Origin: an uncultured Gammaproteobacteria bacterium
GTDB taxonomy: Bacteria > Pseudomonadota > Gammaproteobacteria > CAISUE01
Length of the DNA: 64,000 bases
Reading direction: 5' to 3'
Assembly: GCA_964471475.1 (NCBI GenBank)
Contig: CAYYFQ010000001.1
Location: 2,019-66,018 of the forward strand
This document shows positions 50,643 through 58,696 of the stretch, one piece after another (the stretch's first letter is position 1; each line of letters begins with the position of its first letter). The position numbers and the translations under genes are program-made. The notes beneath the pieces were generated by a model, which was not told where the DNA came from, searched no databases, and saw only the letters and a program-made list of their open reading frames with translations.

Positions 50643-50685
50643 ATATTTAGGATAGTTGCATGCCAATATTATACACGAACTGCTG
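50643..50685. repeat. 43-bp direct repeat, copy S2
   Basis: atatttaggatagttgcatgccaatattatacacgaactgctg matches 40093-40135 at 37 of 43 positions in the same orientation. A minus-strand TATAAT lies at 50668-50673, and no start codon follows. Confidence 0.75.
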
Positions 50686-50716
50686 AGTTTTTTTATGCGC
50701 AGCGGCCTTTTCCCTT

Positions 50717-50953
50717 TTAAAACCACAATGTAGCGCAAGACCCAGAAAAAATTTTGTCTGTTGAAACATCAGCAGCATCAGAATCTACGGGTTGAGGCTG
50801 CATCGAAGAAACATCAGCAGTACCAGAATCTACGGGTTGGTGCTGAACAGAAGTAGCGGAATTAGATGATGGACATATTTCTTTCATTACGCTCGATACT
50901 GGTTTTTTTTGGGGGGGAGGGGGTAATTCATCAAAAAGCATACTGCGCTCCAA
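50717..50953 (-). CDS. small hypothetical protein with an internal 15-aa tandem repeat (doubtful gene)
   Basis: 78-aa ORF with PPPPQKKP encoded by a C5-T-C7-A8 tract, plus a 45-bp tandem duplication at 50763-50848 ((Q)PVDSxxADVS, two copies). No homology recognised. Confidence 0.3.
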   Translation of the reverse strand: MERSMLFDELPPPPQKKPVSSVMKEICPSSNSATSVQHQPVDSGTADVSSMQPQPVDSDAADVSTDKIFSGSCATLWF

Positions 50954-50968
50954 AATATTATTTTTTTA

Positions 50969-51132
50969 TCTAGGGCGTGTCCCTAAAGTATCGTTTGAAG
51001 CAAAAAAGAAGATAATCGAGGCAGTTTTAACGATCATCGGCGAATATTGGACATATTTAACGAGGAGGATCGTTAAAATTGAGCGATTTCGCTTCTTTTG
51101 CAGCCAAAAGATACTTTAGGGATACGCCCTAC
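50969..51132. mobile_element. MITE-like element, family C, copy 2 (intact termini)
   Basis: Terminal inverted repeats tagggcgtgtccctaaagtatc (50971-50992) and gatactttagggatacgcccta (about 51110-51131) match at 21 of 22 positions. The interior folds back on itself (ttttaacgatc/gatcgttaaaa; gaagc.aaa/tttcgcttc). Confidence 0.8.
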
Positions 51133-51338
51133 TATAACAGTTATATTGTTCTTAACATTGTCAATAATATAATAAAAGGAAATTAAATTAAAGGTAATTA
51201 AGGTATGACGACCAGAAGTCAGATGTGAAAAATATAAAATATCGTCATATTCTTAAGGAATAACGAAGATCCCCTCGAATTTACTTTCGTTAAAAAAGCT
51301 TTTACACTTCAAATTCGTATTGAGAGGTAATCCCCATT

Positions 51339-52679
51339 ATGTTTTTTTTCCATTTCCAACGACTGCAAAGAATTGAGGCGGAATATCCTGCGGCCACTAA
51401 GCTTATAGATAAGAATGTAATTGCACTTGGTATTGCTGTGATGGGATTTTTAATTAATTCTTTTACTAACATAGTACTTACACATATTCTAAGCAAAACC
51501 ACTTATGGCGATTTTTCTTTGTGCGCTAGCGTGATAGGTTTTTTAGGAAGCATTGTTTTACTTGGCAATGATCAATCTTCAATTAAATTTATTCCTAATT
51601 ATTTTAAGTCGCAAGAATATGGGTTGCTTCATGGCATTTTATTGTATTACGGTCGCTCTTTATTAATCATGACATCTCTTGTGTTATTAATTAATTTTGG
51701 CATGTATAAATTAATGCATTCCTCTTTTGCATTAGATTCTACGCGTCATCTCGTATGGAAATATTTGTGGATCATTCCCTTTGCTGGCGTCACTTCTATT
51801 TTTGCGATGTGTTTGCGAAGTTTTAAACGAGGCTTTTATGCCTTGATTACGCAAAACGTATTGCCCGGATTACTAATGATGTTTGTTATCATGATCATTT
51901 ATTATTTTAATCGACAATTATTCACACTGAATAAAATCATGTGGATTTATTTTTTAACGGTTTATTTGGCGACTGGTTTAGTTCAAATCCTGGGTTTGTT
52001 TCATATAGTTCCATGGCAAACTTTTCAACACCCCTCGGAATATAATCGCAAAATGTGGTTCACAACCGGTGTGCAATTGTTGCTATCCGCCTTGATTTAC
52101 GACGGCGAATCCTCCATTGTTAATCTCACATTAAAATTTACAGGCCACTCTTCTTCCGAAATTGGTTCATTATCCGTAGCGATGACTTTATATGTTGCCA
52201 CTTGGCTAGGCTGTAGTGCATGCAATGCAATACTAAGCCCATTAATTAGCCCAGCAGCTGCCAATAAAGACATTCCCACGCTGCAACGCTTAACAAATAT
52301 TGGAAATACGATTGTATTTGTGAGCGGATTTTTATTATGTATTTGCTTTGCATTATTTGGAAAACATTATCTTGCTTGGTTTGGAAAGGAGTATGTCGAT
52401 GCTTATTCTACGTTATTAATTTTAAGTTTTGGCTCATTGATTGCTTTTGCAGGCAGCATGAGCTTACCACTACTGGAGTACGCTGTTCCACCTCGGATTT
52501 TAATGAATCTCACTATGATTGGAACAGGGGTTATTGTGTTAGCAGGAATTCCTCTCTGCCATTATTTCGGAATTGAAGGCGCTGCAATGGAAGTGGTTTT
52601 AATTGAGTCAGGATTAACCTTAATTTATGCTCATCGCTTAAAGAAAGATTTAAAAATTAAGCCCTTTGGAATTATATAA
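51339..52679 (+). CDS. MOP-superfamily (Wzx/polysaccharide-biosynthesis-type) flippase-like membrane protein
   Basis: 446-aa ORF with about 12-14 TM segments. The N-terminal pattern (...NIVLTHILSKTTYGDFSLCASVIGFLGSIVLLGNDQSSIKFIP) is typical of oligosaccharide flippases. The start is uncertain. Confidence 0.6.
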   Translation: MFFFHFQRLQRIEAEYPAATKLIDKNVIALGIAVMGFLINSFTNIVLTHILSKTTYGDFSLCASVIGFLGSIVLLGNDQSSIKFIPNYFKSQEYGLLHGILLYYGRSLLIMTSLVLLINFGMYKLMHSSFALDSTRHLVWKYLWIIPFAGVTSIFAMCLRSFKRGFYALITQNVLPGLLMMFVIMIIYYFNRQLFTLNKIMWIYFLTVYLATGLVQILGLFHIVPWQTFQHPSEYNRKMWFTTGVQLLLSALIYDGESSIVNLTLKFTGHSSSEIGSLSVAMTLYVATWLGCSACNAILSPLISPAAANKDIPTLQRLTNIGNTIVFVSGFLLCICFALFGKHYLAWFGKEYVDAYSTLLILSFGSLIAFAGSMSLPLLEYAVPPRILMNLTMIGTGVIVLAGIPLCHYFGIEGAAMEVVLIESGLTLIYAHRLKKDLKIKPFGII

Positions 52680-52746
52680 CGGGCCATATGCTTTGCTCTA
52701 TGAAATGAGTAGTGAGGGGTGATGGGTTACGGTTTCTTAAAAAACC

Positions 52747-53970
52747 TTAGGTGTTTTTTAAGAGCGCCCTTACCTGCGCCTTCACAACTCCATCTTGTAA
52801 TTGCAATTCAAAATGTTGCTCGGAAGAAAAATTTTTAACAGATCCCAACACATGGTGTTTTTCATCCAAAGCAATCGCGTAACCTCGTTGCAAAATCGTC
52901 AATGGATTTAAATTATTTAATTGGGCCCCCAACAATTGTAAGGCTTGATTTTTTTGTGTCCATTGTTGCTGAATCATTTCTTTTAAATGCATTTCTTGAT
53001 AATCCACCCATTGACTAATTTGTTGCCAATAGGCTTTCGGATGCTGTAGTTGACCTTGTAAAATTGCTAACTCTTGTCGATGCAATAAAATTTTTTGACG
53101 CATCATATTTTGCAACTGGCGCTCTACTTGCAAAGCATATTCGAGAATACCTGCGTTATCAGGGCTCACTAACTCTGCCGCTGCTGAAGGAGTGGGGGCC
53201 CGCACATCTGCCACCCAATCACAAATCGTAAAATCTACTTCATGCCCTACCCCGCTAATAATAGGGATCTCACTGTTATAGATCGCTCGTGCTACGATTT
53301 CTTCGTTAAATGGCCACAAATCTTCGAGAGAACCTCCTCCACGAGCCACGATCAACACATCACAGTGCCGCGCTTTATTTGCCAAACACAAAGCATCCAC
53401 AATTTGCAAAGCCGCTGCATCCCCTTGTACTGCAGTAGGATAAATAATGATGGGAATATTGGCTGCACGCCGCTTTAAAACGTGGAGGATATCTCGCAGC
53501 GCAGCTCCGGTCGCTGAGGTAATAATTCCAATACACTTAGGGCACTCAGGTAGTGGTTTTTTATGACCTTCGTCAAACAAACCTTCCTCTGATAATTTAC
53601 GCATTAGACGCTCTAATTCAAAACGTAATTTACCATCTCCCAACGATTCAAGTTTTTCAATAATCAACTGATAATCACCTCGATTTTCATAGAGGCTTAC
53701 CAAACCATGTGCCAACACTTGCATACCATTTTTCGGTTGAAAATTAAGATGCTTTAATCGATGATAAAACATCGCGCAACGAATTTGTGCTTTGCTGTCT
53801 TTGAGTGAGAAATACCAATGTCCCGAACTTGGCGCACTAAAATTGGATATTTCACCTTCCACAAAAACCATCCCTATCTTTTGCTCAAGCAAAAAACGCA
53901 CTTGTTCATTTAACGTGCTAACACTTAAAATTTCACCGGTAGTCATAAACGAACTTGCATTCAGATGCAT
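52747..53970 (-). CDS. xseA: exodeoxyribonuclease VII large subunit
   Basis: 407-aa ORF with an N-terminal OB fold (VSTLNEQVRFLLE...VFVEGEISNF..SGHWYFSLKD), a catalytic core (IARGGGSLEDLW.FNEE) and a coiled-coil C-terminus. Confidence 0.9.
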   Translation of the reverse strand: MHLNASSFMTTGEILSVSTLNEQVRFLLEQKIGMVFVEGEISNFSAPSSGHWYFSLKDSKAQIRCAMFYHRLKHLNFQPKNGMQVLAHGLVSLYENRGDYQLIIEKLESLGDGKLRFELERLMRKLSEEGLFDEGHKKPLPECPKCIGIITSATGAALRDILHVLKRRAANIPIIIYPTAVQGDAAALQIVDALCLANKARHCDVLIVARGGGSLEDLWPFNEEIVARAIYNSEIPIISGVGHEVDFTICDWVADVRAPTPSAAAELVSPDNAGILEYALQVERQLQNMMRQKILLHRQELAILQGQLQHPKAYWQQISQWVDYQEMHLKEMIQQQWTQKNQALQLLGAQLNNLNPLTILQRGYAIALDEKHHVLGSVKNFSSEQHFELQLQDGVVKAQVRALLKNT

Positions 53971-54081
53971 AAATTGGCATAGTACTCAATTCCTCATAAT
54001 ATTTGTTGAGAAGTGTATTTGAGAAAGATAACAATCGTCAACCTAAACAACAATCAGCAAATACTTATATTTTTATAACAA

Positions 54082-55554
54082 TTGCGAGCTCTTATGGATA
54101 CTACAAGCAAACAATACCCCAAAGGTTTAATCGCTGTATGCATTATGCAACTGACTTCCATGGTTGGTTTCATGGTAATTTTCAGTTTATCTACTCTGTA
54201 CATGACTAAGCAATTAGGCTATACCGATAAAGCGGCTGTCACTTTATTTGCTGCCTATGGTGCAATTGTTTACGGTATGCCATTGTTTGGTGGTTACTTA
54301 GGAGATCGTTTTTTAGGCTTTAAATTTTCAGTACTGTTTAGTACTATTACTTGCGGCATCGCGCTTTTATTTTTAAGCATCCCCTCATCATTCTTTTTTA
54401 TTTTAGGATTAGCACTGTATGCTATTTCCACGTGCGTGCAAGTCCCCAACCTTTATTGTTTAGTCGGAAATTTATATGGGTCGCAAGACGAACGCCGTCA
54501 TGGGGGCTTTACACTCGCCTACGTCGCCATGAATGTTGGTGCTTTTGCAGCCACCTTGTCAGCCGGGTTTATTAGCCAGCGCTTTGGCTACTCAGTAACT
54601 TATATTATTGCTGCGATTGTTATGTTTTCAACCTTAATTGCTTATTTTGCGGGTAATAAATATTTTGAAGAAGGATTTAAGAGTAAAGACCCTAAGCTAA
54701 CATCAAGTATTATTACACATACTGTCGCGTCTCGCCTGAAAGGCATCGCACTTTTTTTATTAACCATCCCACTTTGTGCGCTGGGCTTCAAGTACCCAGA
54801 TGCTTGCAATAATCTTATTTTATTGATCGGAGTGTTGTCTATTGCCTATATCATTTTTATTTCTATGCGCTATGAAAGTTTACAGCGCAAAAAATTGTTG
54901 GTGTTTACTGCGTTAACTATCGTTAGCATTGGATGGGGGACTTTGTATATGATGGCGCCCACTGTGTTAACTTTGTTTATCGAAAGAAATGTAGAGCGCC
55001 ATATGCTGGGTATTCTTATTCCCGCGTCAAGCGCACTAGGCTTAAATTCTTTGTTCATTATCTTAGTAGGGCCAATTCTCAGTGTAACATGGGTATTCCT
55101 AAGTCAAAAAAATAAAAATCCTTCGGGTGCACTGAAGTTATCTTTAGGCGTAATCTCTATGGGTATTGGGTTTTTAGTATTAGTTCCTGCCATTATGAAC
55201 GCAAATAGTTTAGGATTAAGTGCTTTTTATTGGATTGTAATCAGCTACTTCTTTCAAACCGTCGGTGAATTACTGGTCAATCCTGTAGGCTTTGCCTTAG
55301 TCGGGAGCTTATCACCTCCAGGTCGCGAAGGTTTTTTGATGGGTTTTTTTCAATTAGGAACGGGAGTAGCAAGCGTCCTCATGGGTTACATGGCGAGCCA
55401 AGCCAATAAATTGCAAGGCATTACAGCCCCCTTACAAACTAACGCCATGTATTCACACGCTTTTTGGAATTATGGTTTATCCAGCGTGATTTTAGGAGCG
55501 ATTGCATTGCTGCTCGTACCTTATTTTGCCAAGATCATTCGAGCACACGTATAG
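54082..55554 (+). CDS. proton-dependent oligopeptide transporter (POT/PTR2 family)
   Basis: 490-aa polytopic protein with the PTR2 signature region (FGGYLGDRFLGFKFSV) and about 14 TM segments. Confidence 0.85.
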   Translation: MRALMDTTSKQYPKGLIAVCIMQLTSMVGFMVIFSLSTLYMTKQLGYTDKAAVTLFAAYGAIVYGMPLFGGYLGDRFLGFKFSVLFSTITCGIALLFLSIPSSFFFILGLALYAISTCVQVPNLYCLVGNLYGSQDERRHGGFTLAYVAMNVGAFAATLSAGFISQRFGYSVTYIIAAIVMFSTLIAYFAGNKYFEEGFKSKDPKLTSSIITHTVASRLKGIALFLLTIPLCALGFKYPDACNNLILLIGVLSIAYIIFISMRYESLQRKKLLVFTALTIVSIGWGTLYMMAPTVLTLFIERNVERHMLGILIPASSALGLNSLFIILVGPILSVTWVFLSQKNKNPSGALKLSLGVISMGIGFLVLVPAIMNANSLGLSAFYWIVISYFFQTVGELLVNPVGFALVGSLSPPGREGFLMGFFQLGTGVASVLMGYMASQANKLQGITAPLQTNAMYSHAFWNYGLSSVILGAIALLLVPYFAKIIRAHV

Positions 55555-55611
55555 CGCTATCCACTTAGCTTTATATAAAACTAAAACATTTTTACAATTC
55601 ACTCAAAAAAA

Positions 55612-55633
55612 AAAGGCCTCGAAAGAGGCCTTT
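55612..55633. terminator. bidirectional intrinsic terminator
   Basis: aaaggcctc-gaaa-gaggccttt is a perfect 9-bp stem. It is preceded by A10 (a T-run for the minus-strand lipoprotein gene) and followed by TTTT for the plus-strand POT gene. Confidence 0.7.
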
Positions 55634-55654
55634 TGCATAATCAAAAATCGATTA

Positions 55655-55978
55655 TTAGTTAGCAGTACCACCTGTTGTTGCAGCGTCGCCAGCAGCTGGA
55701 GCAGCAGGAGTAGCGTCACCAGCAGCAGGAGCAGCAGCTGCGGCAGCAGCAGCGTGATGCATTTTCTTGTGACCTTTGTGATGAAGCGCTTTCTTAGTAT
55801 GGCATTTGCCAGCATTGCCCATACCTTTGCAAGAGCTCATACCTTTGCAAGAAGCCATTGTTTGAACAGGCGCAGCAACTACTGGAGTTGTTGTTCCATT
55901 GTCAGTTCCTTGTGAAGCACAACCGGCTAACAAGATGGAAGCAGCAGCTGCAGCAGCAAGTAATAATTTTTTAGACAT
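55655..55978 (-). CDS. small Cys/His/Met/Lys-rich lipoprotein (putative metal-binding)
   Basis: MSKKLLLAAAAAASILLAGC has a lipobox. The mature part contains SCKGMSSCKGMGNAGKCHTKKALHHKGHKKMHH followed by an Ala/Pro-rich tail. AGGA lies 8 nt upstream of the ATG at 55978, and the terminator at 55612-55633 lies downstream. Confidence 0.6.
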   Translation of the reverse strand: MSKKLLLAAAAAASILLAGCASQGTDNGTTTPVVAAPVQTMASCKGMSSCKGMGNAGKCHTKKALHHKGHKKMHHAAAAAAAAPAAGDATPAAPAAGDAATTGGTAN

Positions 55979-56213
55979 GTCAATAATCCTCATTTAATAA
56001 AATTTATAAATTTCAAAAAAAACTGAAATCCACTGGTAAAAATACACTTACCACTTTTTTTCAGCCTTTGTTCAACTATAACAACTAATTGAACAGTTAA
56101 CTAAATCGAATTATGCCAAGACTTTTAAAGAAATGCAACTCTTTTGAAATAAATCAACTTTGTACACGACAAAAGAGGGGCAATGGGTATATAATGCTCC
56201 ATTACTTTTTATC

Positions 56214-58676
56214 ATGAGAATAATATTTATGTTTGCTTTTCTATACTTAATTTTATTAATTGCCATCGTAGGCTACTGCGCTTACAAACGGGTAGTTTTC
56301 ACTGTGTGGTCCACATTTATAGGAATTCTTTTATTGGCATTAAGCTATATTCATGCTTTTCCAATCTTTCTCACTTCTATCTTCTGGCTGATTTTTATCG
56401 GCAATGTATTAATCTTTGGTGTAACTCCTATTCGTCATCATCTGTTAACAAAACCTGTGTTGGGGTTCTTTCGACGCACCTTACCCCCTATTAGCAACAC
56501 TGAAAAAGAAGCTATTGAAGCAGGCGACGTATGGTGGGAGGGAGAGTTATTTGCGGGCAACCCTGATTGGTCTAAATTACTATCGATTCCCAAGCCCATT
56601 CTCACAGAAGAAGAACAAAATTTTTTAAATACCCAAGTCAAACATCTATGTGCTATGTTAGATGATTGGACAATTGTTCAAAAATATAGCGACCTCCCAC
56701 CTGAAGTATGGGCTTATCTTAAAAAAGAAAAATTTTTTGGTATTGCTATTCCCAAAGAATACGGAGGGCGAGGATTTTCTGCATTAGCCCACTCCTCCAT
56801 TATCACAAAAATTGCGACTCGCAGTTGTAGCGCTGCTGTAAGTACGATGGTCCCCAATTCTTTAGGACCTGCAGAACTCTTAATCCATTATGGAACAGCT
56901 GAACAAAAAAATTATTACTTACCAAGACTCGCTAATGCTGAAGAAATCCCTTGCTTCGCCTTGACGGGTGAAAGCGCTGGCAGCGATGCCGCTGCGATGA
57001 CAGATTACGGCATTATCTGCAAAGGAACTTTTAACGGGGAAGAAGTGTTAGGCGCGCGCCTCACGTGGTACAAACGTTACATTACTTTAGCACCGATTGC
57101 TACAGTACTAGGTTTAGCGGTTAAACTACAAGACCCTGATCATTTGATTGGTGACAAAGAAGATGTTGGCATCTCCGTATTTTTGATTCCCACTTCTCAT
57201 CCAGGAGTTGAAATTGGCCGACGCCACTTTCCAATGAATTTAGCATTTATGAATGGCCCAACAGCGGGCAACGATGTATTTGTCCCTCTTTCTTGGCTGA
57301 TTGGTGGTGAAAGCATGGTGGGACAAGGATGGCGCATGCTAATGGAATGTTTAGCTATTGGTCGCGGTATTTCTCTCCCTGCCTTAAGTTCTGCAAATGC
57401 GCAGTTTTGCTATCGCTTAACCGGCATCTACGCTCGTATCCGCCAACAATTTAAATTATCCATTGGTAAATTTGAAGGGGTAGGAGCCGCCTTAGCGCGT
57501 ATTGCGGGCTACGGATATTTAATGAATGCAACGCGTATTTTCACGGCTGGCGCTGTCGACTTAAAAATCAAACCTGCCATTGCTTCAGCGATTGCCAAAT
57601 ATCATATGACTGAAATTTTACGCATAACGAATGATGACGCCATGGACATCCATGGAGGCCGCGGCATTCAACTAGGCCCTCGCAACTACTTAGGACAAGC
57701 TTATGAATCTATCCCTATTGGAATTACCGTAGAGGGCGCTAATATTTTAACGCGCTGCCTGATTATTTTTGGTCAAGGGGCTATTCGGGCACATCCTTAT
57801 ATTCGTAAAGAAATGGATGCTGCAGCAAACTCTGATTTAGTGAAAGGCTTTCAAGATTTTGATAAATTATTATTAGGGCATATTGGCTTTGGTGTAAGTA
57901 ACCTTATTCGCACTTTTTGGATGGGTCTCACCAATGCTAAATGGACAAGTGCTCCGCAAAATGGCCAACTCAAAAAATATTATGCTCAATTAACGCGGAT
58001 GAGCTCAGCGCTCGCATTAACGGCAGACTTATCAATGCTCATTTTGGGTGGTGATTTAAAACGCAAAGAAAATTTATCAGCGCGTTTGGGCGATGTATTA
58101 AGCCATCTCTATTTAGCATCCGCCGTGTTAAAATATTATTATGATTTACATAGCCAACCTGATGATTTACCTTATGTAGCCTGGTGTATACACCACAACT
58201 TATCAAAAATCCAGGAAGCATTTGACGATTTCTTTGATAATTTCCCAATACGCTGGCTTGGAAAAATTTTGCGCTTTATCACGTTTCCTTTCGGACGTAG
58301 TTATCATAAACCGAGCGATAAATTATGCGCCAAATTGGCCACTCACCTAATGATGCCTTCAGCACTACGTGATCGTCTCACCAGCTTAGTGTATTTAGGC
58401 GAAGAAAAAGGCGTCACCGACCCTATCTGGCGAATGGAAAACGCCTTTAACTTGGTCCTTGCTGCAGACCCCATTCAACAACGCATTCATAACGCAGTGA
58501 AAAATGGCACGATCGCAGCAACCTTGAGTCAAATCGATAAAATAAAAACCGCCTTGAATTTAGATATCATCACAACAGAAGAATATCAGTTGATTGAACA
58601 AGCAGAAGCCGCTCGTGCAGATGCTCTCAAAGTGGATGATTTTCCATTTGATGTATTTTTAAGAGAAAAATTGTAA
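56214..58676 (+). CDS. fadE: acyl-CoA dehydrogenase, FadE type (membrane-anchored long form)
   Basis: N-terminal TM segments, then PISNTEKEAIEAGDVWWEGELFAGNPDW (FadE hallmark) and ACAD domains. The start is taken at MRIIF (56214); the track ORF starts at a TTG at 56160. Confidence 0.85.
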   Translation: MRIIFMFAFLYLILLIAIVGYCAYKRVVFTVWSTFIGILLLALSYIHAFPIFLTSIFWLIFIGNVLIFGVTPIRHHLLTKPVLGFFRRTLPPISNTEKEAIEAGDVWWEGELFAGNPDWSKLLSIPKPILTEEEQNFLNTQVKHLCAMLDDWTIVQKYSDLPPEVWAYLKKEKFFGIAIPKEYGGRGFSALAHSSIITKIATRSCSAAVSTMVPNSLGPAELLIHYGTAEQKNYYLPRLANAEEIPCFALTGESAGSDAAAMTDYGIICKGTFNGEEVLGARLTWYKRYITLAPIATVLGLAVKLQDPDHLIGDKEDVGISVFLIPTSHPGVEIGRRHFPMNLAFMNGPTAGNDVFVPLSWLIGGESMVGQGWRMLMECLAIGRGISLPALSSANAQFCYRLTGIYARIRQQFKLSIGKFEGVGAALARIAGYGYLMNATRIFTAGAVDLKIKPAIASAIAKYHMTEILRITNDDAMDIHGGRGIQLGPRNYLGQAYESIPIGITVEGANILTRCLIIFGQGAIRAHPYIRKEMDAAANSDLVKGFQDFDKLLLGHIGFGVSNLIRTFWMGLTNAKWTSAPQNGQLKKYYAQLTRMSSALALTADLSMLILGGDLKRKENLSARLGDVLSHLYLASAVLKYYYDLHSQPDDLPYVAWCIHHNLSKIQEAFDDFFDNFPIRWLGKILRFITFPFGRSYHKPSDKLCAKLATHLMMPSALRDRLTSLVYLGEEKGVTDPIWRMENAFNLVLAADPIQQRIHNAVKNGTIAATLSQIDKIKTALNLDIITTEEYQLIEQAEAARADALKVDDFPFDVFLREKL

Positions 58677-58696
58677 AAAACTTGGGAATAATTATT

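Noticed and set aside
33892-51132. Two family-C MITE copies as ends of a 17-kb composite transposon
   Set aside because: The interval includes core genes (corA, ddl, ppa, trhO) with host-like composition. No transposase is present and copy 1 is decayed. The tighter 43-bp repeat at 40.1/50.7 kb is a better island boundary.
55502-55915. 137-aa plus-strand ORF and 70-aa minus-strand ORF 55603..55815
   Set aside because: Both overlap the GC-rich, GCN-repeat region of the lipoprotein gene. Only the 55655..55978 frame has a signal peptide/lipobox, an RBS and a terminator.
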